Shown piece by piece: positions 8,901-17,500 of a stretch of DNA of 26,213 bases. Position numbers and translations under genes: made by a program. The DNA is from a virus. Taxonomy: Duplodnaviria; Caudoviricetes. Where the stretch lies: the IMG/VR virus record IMGVR_UViG_3300012936_000141, positions 1 to 26,213 of that record. One strand, given 5' to 3'. Positions within the stretch are counted from its first letter, which is position 1. Each line of letters opens with the position of its first letter. Under the pieces are notes generated by a model. The model did no database searches and was not told the DNA's origin. It saw only the letters and a list, made by a program, of their open reading frames with translations.

Positions 8901-11542
8901 GATTTACTTTGGTTGGTAATAATGCTCAGGCAGGTAATGAAACACAAATTACACTTGCTACTAGTGATGATAATGAAGAAGCCAACTTATTAGGATTAAG
9001 AATTTTAATTACATCTGGTCCAGGTACAGGACAGTATGGTATAGTAAATGAATACAACAGTATTACGAAGGTGTTAAAAGTAATAAAAGAAACAGACGGA
9101 ACAGCAGGTTGGGATCACGTTATTGCAGGTACTCCATCAGAAACACTGTTAACAACGAACAGCAGATACAGATTTGAACCAAGAATTATTTTTAGTGATC
9201 CTGTATTTTCATCTTCACAAGTTACATTTACAGCAGGTACTACTTGGTCAGATGTTGCATATGCTGAAACAAGTAAAACATTTACAGGTATAATTGGAGA
9301 TCCAGGTGCAGGTACAACTATCGAAGTTATTCCTGCTACAGCAACATTTGATGTAATTAAAACTGGAAAAGAATATACAGTAACATTACGTAGTGGCGGC
9401 GCTGGATACACAGTAGGCGATGTAATTGTTTTAGAAGGTGAAGGTTTAGACGGTGGCGCCGATAATGATATTACAATCACAGTAACAAGTATTTCAAACG
9501 ACAGTACAAACAGTATTGTAACTTTTGACAGCAGCGGTACAGCAAGTTCAGGTAGATTCGTTGCAATAGCAAGTACAGGTAGTACAACACAATACAGTTC
9601 CGATGGAACAAATTGGGAAACAGGTGCATTACCTTCAAGCGGTGCGTGGAAAGGAATAGTTGCAGGTGCAACAGGTTTTGTAGCATTTAAAGAACTAGAT
9701 AATGAAATTGCATACAGCACAGACGGTGTTGCGTGGGGATCATCTACACTTCCAGCAAATACTGATTGGCAAGAAATTGCATATGGCGGAGGTGTATACG
9801 TTGCAATTAGTAAAGCAGGCAACAACGCTGCATTTAGTACAGATGGAATTTCTTGGACAGCAGCAAACATACCAGCAGGCGGTGACTCAACATTTGATGA
9901 ATGGACTTCAATAACATACGGACAAGGTAAATTTGTTGCAGTATCAAGTTCACAAAACTTAGCAGTAGTAGGTGAGTATAACGGGTCTACAATTGTTTGG
10001 AATTCATACATAATGGACGTAATTGGAGATAGTTCACAAAAAGATTGGTTCTCAGTACGTTATGGTAACAACAGATTTTTTGCTGTTGCACCAACAGGTG
10101 AAACTGCATATTCATTCGATGGTATTACTTGGTATCCAGGCACAATGCCAACACCAGACGGATCAACAGTATTAAGATGGAATGACTTTAATTATGGTCA
10201 AGGATTATTTGTAGCAACTGCTGATACAGCAGGACAGGTTGTTGATGCAGAGCCTACATTAGGACCGGTTGATTACATTTATCAATCACCAGATGGAATT
10301 TATTGGACTAAGAAAACTGTTGCATCAGAAGGTAATTGGGGACCAGTATGTTTTGGTAATCCTGATATTACAGATGACGCTAACGGTGACAACAGAAAAG
10401 GTATTTGGATTGTATTAAACAAGGATGTTACTACATCAAATCATTTACGTGTTCTAACAGGTGCTACTGCAAAAGGTAGATGTAATGTTGAAGCAGGAAG
10501 AATATCAGTCGTAAAACTTTGGGAGCCAGGATCAGGTTACGGACCAACTGGACCTACATATACTGTAGTAGATCCTAACAACACAGGTGAACTAGTACTA
10601 GATACAACTAGAATTGCTGACAGAGTATTAGCACAACCAAGTTTTAGAAACAGAGGTTCTAAATACAAAACATCAACTACATCTGTTAACATATCAGGAG
10701 ACGGATTTGCTGATATAATTCCTGTAGGTAAATTTGTGTTTGTTTCAGGAATGCCGATTGTTATTGGACCTGGAGCACAATTAAGATTAAATGGTAATGA
10801 AGAATTGTACACTGTTGTTGCTATCGAGCAAGAATCAGTAGATGCAGATGATACATTTACATTAAAATTTAGAGTAAGTCCTGAACTTAAGATTGAAAAC
10901 GACACATACCATAACACTGCGGTGACTATTAATACCAGATACAGTCAGTGTAGAATTTCAGGACACGACTTCTTGGACATTGGTACAGGTAACTTTACAG
11001 AAACAAATTATCCAGCATTATATTCTGTAAATTATCTTTCATATCCAGAAAATGAAGTGCAAGAATTAAACGGCGGTAGAGTATTTTATACATCCACAGA
11101 CCAATCAGGTAACTTTAGATGTGGAGAATTATTTGCTGTTGAACAAGCAACAGGTATTGTAACAATTAGTGCAGACTTCTTTGACCTAAACGGTTTAACA
11201 GAGTTAGCACTTGGTGGAATTAGAGTAGGTGGTACAGGTACAGTAATTAGAGAATTCAGTACTGATCCTTTATTCACAGCAGACTCAAACAATATTGTTC
11301 CTACACAAAGGGCAATTAAAGCGTACTTGACAAATAGACTAAACGTTGGTGGTGCAGATCTACTAACAGCGAGTTTTATTGCAGGTACAGTAAAAGTCGG
11401 ACCAAACGCAATAAGCAACTCAGCGAACTTGACCAATCAAATTCCTGTTATTGCAGATTTCTATGGTCCTAAAGCCAACATACAAGGCAGTATGCTGGCA
11501 CAAGCAATGTTCTTTAGATCATTCAAAAATAGGGCAGACTAA
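5996..11542 (+). CDS. Giant multidomain virion/tail protein A, 1848 aa (7 CBM5/12-like repeats, helical domain, SPYIQN beta-helix-like core, Asp-box propeller, conserved C-terminal domain)
   Basis: Long open frame, collinear paralog of 11580-19154. Shared blocks include VSLDPGWGP, RSPY.QNVT, GQKIDGALHNGGN.SIVSNDFTQVISDGIGA, GHDFLDIGTGNFTETNYP, GGRVF.T.TDQ.GNFR and EFSTDP.FTADS...VPTQRAIKAY. Confidence 0.85.
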   Translation: MAEWKISRIRYTWKGTWTTATSYNKDDVVYFGASSYSCIRQHTSTDFNDDQAYTPPGDTLATPAWSKMTDGYSYLGNWATATVYGAGSIVKQGGYLWLCVTGHTSQTNLEDDQSKWAIYATTIDWDGAWTPNTRYGVGDLVKYGSTVYKCIIGHTSTADDATGLEPDLDQQDSSAAKWEVYVQVKGYVGDWVDGYRYKYNDLVSYGGSILRATVGHTASGNLNSANFETEVPGNKVRGDWDTTVYYAVGDVVQHGGYVFQSLTNNNGNNPSDSIYQVSGTPHWAIIQKGVRLAGNWSASGQYKTGDVVVRGGYTYVALLDTTADGSSLDYLDAGNWDIIVPSISWKNAWAENLTFAVGDVISYRGSAYKCNFEHVSTSQNFPGDNGEGFNYWDTLLEGTSQAGLVAPGDLLTFGKSRSNVGDGSTLGATNVPIGTQGNLLTVQNDDTLQYEKYGISQKFISVDPIAGVDDVDDPDVGVDPNKPCKTIKFACELADDGQDTHKTINVKTGLYFEILPITVPKKTAIVGDELRSVTIKPAPAIYTSADLPDRQRMITHLKSILRSIVTNQVITKTPSNAENQVFVIDREVTTGGEGVEEEQVVETPIFGDTGTADQIDTNLDEFMQYANYAVAGTGVAPSYRGSNNIITDETDLNGVRAILANKNFAAAETIAYMKTYFTEYAINETDVIADVKRYIDALGYDIQYTGNYKTYKESIFYSNKCNGSDRTDMFYVRDASGVRNCSIQGLTGTLNPPNVFDQYQRPTGPNYVSLDPGWGPDHQECWIMTRSPYIQNVTTSGTNCTGQKIDGALHNGGNKSIVSNDFTQVISDGIGAHVLNNGRAELVSVFTYYAQVGYLAENGGVIRATNGNCSYGFIGALADGTDPSETPINATVNNRTQQAIVTSAFAGEVNDFILAFEFANCGQNYTEAQYNVVGSGTGLDVVQEEFRDDSMFEARIVTGDASAAAGGGGFTLVGNNAQAGNETQITLATSDDNEEANLLGLRILITSGPGTGQYGIVNEYNSITKVLKVIKETDGTAGWDHVIAGTPSETLLTTNSRYRFEPRIIFSDPVFSSSQVTFTAGTTWSDVAYAETSKTFTGIIGDPGAGTTIEVIPATATFDVIKTGKEYTVTLRSGGAGYTVGDVIVLEGEGLDGGADNDITITVTSISNDSTNSIVTFDSSGTASSGRFVAIASTGSTTQYSSDGTNWETGALPSSGAWKGIVAGATGFVAFKELDNEIAYSTDGVAWGSSTLPANTDWQEIAYGGGVYVAISKAGNNAAFSTDGISWTAANIPAGGDSTFDEWTSITYGQGKFVAVSSSQNLAVVGEYNGSTIVWNSYIMDVIGDSSQKDWFSVRYGNNRFFAVAPTGETAYSFDGITWYPGTMPTPDGSTVLRWNDFNYGQGLFVATADTAGQVVDAEPTLGPVDYIYQSPDGIYWTKKTVASEGNWGPVCFGNPDITDDANGDNRKGIWIVLNKDVTTSNHLRVLTGATAKGRCNVEAGRISVVKLWEPGSGYGPTGPTYTVVDPNNTGELVLDTTRIADRVLAQPSFRNRGSKYKTSTTSVNISGDGFADIIPVGKFVFVSGMPIVIGPGAQLRLNGNEELYTVVAIEQESVDADDTFTLKFRVSPELKIENDTYHNTAVTINTRYSQCRISGHDFLDIGTGNFTETNYPALYSVNYLSYPENEVQELNGGRVFYTSTDQSGNFRCGELFAVEQATGIVTISADFFDLNGLTELALGGIRVGGTGTVIREFSTDPLFTADSNNIVPTQRAIKAYLTNRLNVGGADLLTASFIAGTVKVGPNAISNSANLTNQIPVIADFYGPKANIQGSMLAQAMFFRSFKNRAD
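6032..7180 (+). repeat. Seven ~50-aa Trp/Tyr-rich carbohydrate-binding (CBM5/12, ChtBD3-like) protein repeats
   Basis: The consensus W.G.W...T.Y..GD.V.YGG..Y.C...HTS is seen seven times in the translation. Confidence 0.7.
9551..10305 (+). repeat. Asp-box (BNR) repeats, beta-propeller
   Basis: YSSDGTNW, YSTDGVAW, FSTDGISW, YSFDGITW and QSPDGIYW, with intervening W..I.YG.G.FVA strands. Confidence 0.75.
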
Positions 11543-11549
11543 AGAAATG

Positions 11550-11557
11550 CATAAATA
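11550..11557 (+). promoter_or_regulatory. T4-type late promoter (cATAAATA)
   Basis: 7/8 match to TATAAATA in the 37-bp gap between the two giant genes, followed by a GGAG SD and ATG 11580. Confidence 0.7.
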
Positions 11558-11579
11558 TATGTACACTACGGAGTAGATA

Positions 11580-14500
11580 ATGGCAGAGTTTAAACTAGGT
11601 AGAATCAAATTTGTATGGAAAGGGAACTGGGCAGGTTCAACTACATACTACAAAGATGACGTTGTAAGATACGGAGGACGTACTTACATTTGTGCGGTCG
11701 GACATACATCCGACAGCGATTTTTATACGGATTTAAATATAGTTCCAAGCAAATGGAACCAAATGACAGATGGTCAATCTTGGAAAGGAGATTGGTCAAC
11801 TGACACATCATATGTGATAAATGATGTAGTAAAATACGGTGGTATTTTATACATTGCAAACACTGCCCACACTTCTGCCTCAACTACTGCCCTTGGATTA
11901 GAAAATGATTCTTCGAAGTGGACACAATTTGCTGAAGGAACTGACTGGAAAGGAAACTGGACAGTTAGTACTAGATACAAACTTAATGATCTTGTTAGAT
12001 ACGGAGGTATTACATACCTTGTAACTACAGGCCATACATCTGCAGGTACAGCAGCAGATGGCTTAGAAGCAAACATTGGTAATTTTGAAGTATACAGTCA
12101 AGGTATTGAATACAAAGGTGACTGGGCATCAGCAACAAGATACAAAGACAGCGACATTGTAAAGTATGGTCCTAACTTATATATTGTAAAATCAGGACAA
12201 TACCATACTTCATCAAGTGATTTTGATACAGATCTTGCAGCAAGATGGGATTCTTTTGTTGAAGGTTTTGATTACAACAATGATTGGAGTAGTGCTACAG
12301 CATACAAAATTGGAAACGTAGTAAAATACGGTGGTAACAGTTACGTAGCAAAAACAAATAACACTAACAGTATTCCACCTTCAAATGCAAGTGACTGGGA
12401 TTTATTTGCAGAAGGTTTTGATTTCCAAAGCGATTGGGCAATAGGAACTGATTATAAAATTGGTCAAGTAATTAGAAACAATGGATATACATATCTTGCA
12501 ACACAAGATGCTGCATCAACTGATTTCACAGTTACTGATACTAATAATGGTACAAATAAATTTACAGTAACAGATACTACAGGATTAGTAGCAGGTCAAG
12601 TTGTACAGTTTAGTGGATCAACATTTGGTAACGTATTCCCAAGTGGTACATATTACATTAAGTCAGTAGACGATGCTACAACTTTTCAAATAAGCACAAC
12701 AAGCGGTGGTGCATCATTTACTCCAACAACTGCAACAGGTTCAATGACTGCAACAGTTGCTTGGCATCCTACGAATGCTTCATACTGGACAAGATTAAAT
12801 GAAGGTATTGGATGGCAAGGTGAATGGCAAGATGATTATGAATATGAACTAGGTGATGCAGTTAAGTTTGGAGACAATGCTTATATTTGTATTCAGAAAC
12901 ACAGATCTGAAGGAGACACTGACTCAACTATAGGTGGAGAAGGTGGCGGCGCTGCTAATTCAAGACCAGATCAGGACGTATCAGGTACTTATTGGAACCA
13001 ATTAATTACAGGTAGTGAAACAAGTATATTAACAACAACTGGTGACTTAGTATACTTTGGTGGATCTGGTGTTGCTAGATTACCTGTAGGAAATGAAGGT
13101 GAAGTTTTACGTGCTGGCGCACAATATCCAGAGTGGGCATTATTAGGTAAAAGTGATTATGTTTACTTTGTAGGTGAACACGGTCAGGATAAAGCATATC
13201 CTGTACACGGCGGAACAGTAGATAAACCTTTCAAAACTGTAAGATTCGCAGCACAAGAAATTGATCGCGGAATTAGAAATCCAAACGCTAAAAAACTTTT
13301 AGAAATGAATAGGAACTTTATTCAAAATGAAGTTTTAGAATATATTCATTACAATGTAGAACTAAACACAACTACTACTCCAGATGCAACAAGCATTTGG
13401 TACAACTTAACATTCTTAGATGACAGAGCTCATAGAGATATTGGCTTTGTTGTTGACTCACTTGTGTACGATATATCACACGGTGGTAACGTTAAGTCAA
13501 GAGGCTGGGCAAACACAAGGTTTGATGCGCTTGTAGAATCAGAAAACACTGCAAGTGATTCTTATCCAAAAGTTGATTTAACTTCTGCAACTGAATTAGC
13601 AACATATCAGTATATGGAAACTCTAGTAGGAAACATTCTAAATCAAGAAGATCCTACAGTAAATTACCAAACTACAAATGGTGACTTATCAACAGCGGTA
13701 ATTGCACAACACAAAGACGCAACTATTGCTGCTGAAACAGGTGTCATTGCAGTTGTTGACAGTTTAATGACAATTATTCAGAATGCAGTTGAAGATGGCG
13801 GTGTTGGAAGAGTGCCTGCAAGGTATATGCCAAACAGCCTTATTAAAATTAAAACTGGTCGTTATAGAGAAACAGGACCTATTAGCATTCCAGAAAATAC
13901 CTGTGTAATTGGTGACGAGGTACGTTCAGTGAACATTGGTCCATTAGGAGCATCTGAAGCACCTACTGATAAATCAGATACCAAGTACAGTATTGAAACA
14001 TATGAACATATAGAAGGTGTTGTAAAAAGTATTATTCAAGGTAGTACAGTAACAGCAACTTCTGGTAATACAGAAACACAAAGCCAAGTAGTTCCATTTG
14101 CAGACAGTGTAGAAGTAGCCCGTATTGACAGACTTATGGGTGCATTAGTAAATGATATGGACTTTAGAGTTGGCGAAATTGATTTGATGAATTATCCTGA
14201 TCCAACAGGATATAATTCATCTTTCTTAAACGGATACGGTGATGCAAGAAAACAAATTGTAAACAATAGACAGTTTATGAAAGAAGAAATTACTGCATAT
14301 ATCACTGAGAATTATCCAACTTTAAGATATTCTAAAACAAAATGTAAACAAGATGTAGGCTACATTGTTGATGCATTAATTTATGATTTAACCTATGGCG
14401 GTAACAGTCAAGCAATTAGAGCAGGACTTGCATACTACGACGGTCCGGGTTCAGTTTATTCTGGAAACTTTGGTTTAGATGATGCAGAACCTAATGCTAC

Positions 14501-17500
14501 TGTTGTAACTTACGGTTACCTAAAAACAATTGTTGGACAAATTATTGACAACACTGCAATTACTGCTAAAAACAGCACAGTAACACAGTACCGTTCAGGT
14601 ACAGCAGGAAGTGCAGCATCTAAAACAGCAGCACAAGATAACATCCAGATCATTATTGATTTAATTGATGCTGGTGCTACAACAGGTGCTCCAAATGTAA
14701 CAGTTGATAGTATTTCATCAAATGTAATTACTACATCAGCAGCACACGGTTTAAGTGTTGGTGATTCGTTTACACCTAGAACAACTGGAAACAGTTTAAC
14801 AGCAGGTCAAAAATATTGGGTAGTATCTACTCCAGCAGCAGCCACATTGACAGTTTCAACTGTGTTTGGCGGAAGTGCAGCAACATTAACTAATGGCGCT
14901 GGCTTATCAATTGTTGCAGATGTTGTAAAAGAACCAGAAGCAACAAATGGTGTTACAACAACTACTGCATTAATCACAGCGGCTGAAAACGTAGATGCAG
15001 CACAAGAAACAATTGTAACACAGAATGCAAACTTCTTAACTGCAAACTATCCTAGTTTAACTTACGATGCAGATAAGTGTGCTAGAGATGTAAGACTTAT
15101 TACTGAAGCAGTTATGTTTGACTTTATGTTTAACAGTAACTTTAAAACACGTAAGGCAGGACTTGCTTACTTGAGATCAACTGCTAGTGATGTATATGAT
15201 AAAGGACAAAAAGCAGCAACAATGGCTTCTTTCGACTTTGTTAAAGATTACATTGTTTCAGTTTCAGGTGACGCTACAGCAAATGCACGTGTTGAAGTAT
15301 TAATGGAAGATATGTTAAACATCATTTACTCAGGATCAAACGAAGGTAGCAGATGTGTAACTCCACTTAGAAATACACATCACGCTGTAACACAGTTAAT
15401 GAGAAATGAAACTTTCATTACAAAAGAAGCAACAGCATATATTGCTGCAACATTTACAGACACTGTAACTGCTACAGCATCAGCAGATAACAGTATTACA
15501 ATAAGTGATACAAGTTGGTTAAAAAGAGATGTAGCGGTTGTGTTTAGTGGCGCAGACATTGTTGGTCCTCCAACAAATGCACTAGCACCAGAGGAAGATG
15601 GTATTGTTGCAGGAACTGTTTACTATGTACAAGACATACTAAGTTCAACTAAATTTACAATTGCAACTACAAGAAATGCTGCAACACCAAGAGCAATGAC
15701 TGATGACACAGGTTCTTGTAGTGTTGATTTAAGTTACAACAGTGAACTTTGTGAAAGAGATGTAAAAGAAACACTGAAAGGTATTATTTACGATTTACAA
15801 TATCCAGGAAACTACAGAACACTGTTAGGTTCTAGATTGTATGGAAACAGTGTTGTTGGCTCACAAGAAGAAGATTTTTACTATGTACGTAATGGTACTG
15901 GTGTAAGAAACCAAACACTAGATGGAATAAATGGTGACCTACTTGGTGCTAATGCATATGGTACTTCAAGAGTATCAGGCGGTGCTTATGTATCACTTGA
16001 TCCAGGTTGGGGTCCAGAAGATTACAGAGTATGGATTACACAGCGTTCTCCATATGTACAGAACGTAACTACATTTGGTTTTGCAGGTATCGGACAGAAA
16101 ATTGACGGTGCTTTACATAACGGTGGTAACGATTCAATTGTATCCAACGACTTTACACAGGTAATTAGTGATGGTATTGGTGCTTGGGTAGCAAACAATG
16201 GTAGAGCAGAGCTTGTATCAGTGTTTACTTACTACTCACACATTGGATACCTATCAACCGAAGGTGGAAGAATTAGAGGAACTAACGGTAACAACTCATA
16301 CGGTGACTTTGGTTCAGTTGCAGAAGGATTTGATTCTACTGAAACTCCAGATACAGCAATTGTTGATAACAAATTCCAGTTTGAAGCAACTGTTAAACAG
16401 GTTAACACAGACGGTGAAAATGAAGTATACAACTTTGAATTTGAAAATGCTGGTATAGATTATGAAGAAGCAGAATTCCTAATTTCAGGTGCAGGTACAG
16501 GCGCTACAGCACACGTAGATGAATTTAGAGATGAAGCAGTACACAGCGTATTCTTAGAAGATAACGTAGACGATTCAGCAAACGCTCCTGAAGTAGTTGG
16601 AAACTTTGGTGGATTTGGTTATGTATCAAATGCAAACACTGCACAAGGCGGAACAACTAACAGTATTACACTTGCTGCTACTGACTCAGAGATTAGTTCA
16701 GCATATGTAGGAATGAAAGTTGTTGTAACAGGCGGTGCAGGTGTTGGACAGTTTGGTATTATATCATCTTACAACTCAGGAACTAAACTTGCTAATGTTA
16801 CAAGAGAAAGCACAGGTGCAAGTGGCTGGGATCATTTCTTAGCAGGAACAAATATTGTTGCTCCTGATGCTTCATCAACATACATTGTTGAACCAAGAAT
16901 TACATTTACTGCTCCAGGATTTACTGATATTGCAGGTACAGGTTTATCAAGTCAAACATATAACGCAGCAGGATTTGTTGAAATCTGTAACACTTATGTT
17001 GTAACTGCAACAAGTGGAACAGGAACAGGAAACAGTTTCACTGTTATTAAAAATGGTTGGAAGTATGATGTATCGATCGCAGCAGGCGGTAATGGTTACA
17101 CAAGATTAGACACATTAACAATACTAGGAAGTAATGTAGGAGGTACAGACGGTACCAATGACATTACAATTACAGTTACAAGTGTAGACTCAGATGGAAC
17201 TATTCAAGCAATTGATGTAGATGGATATGGATCAGCAGGTGCATTTGTTGCACTTGCAAATGGATCAACTACAGGATTTAGAAGTGTAGATGGACAAACT
17301 TGGAGTTCAGTAACACTTCCTTCTGCAAGTAACTGGCAAGCAACAGCATCAGGTAAATTTGATGACGGTTCAACCGTTGGAAAAATTTCAAAAATAGTTG
17401 CAGTTGCATCAGGAACATCAAATGGTGCATATTCCGACAATGGTACTACTTGGACAGCAACAGCATTACCAGCAAGTGCTAACTGGGTAGACGTATGTTT

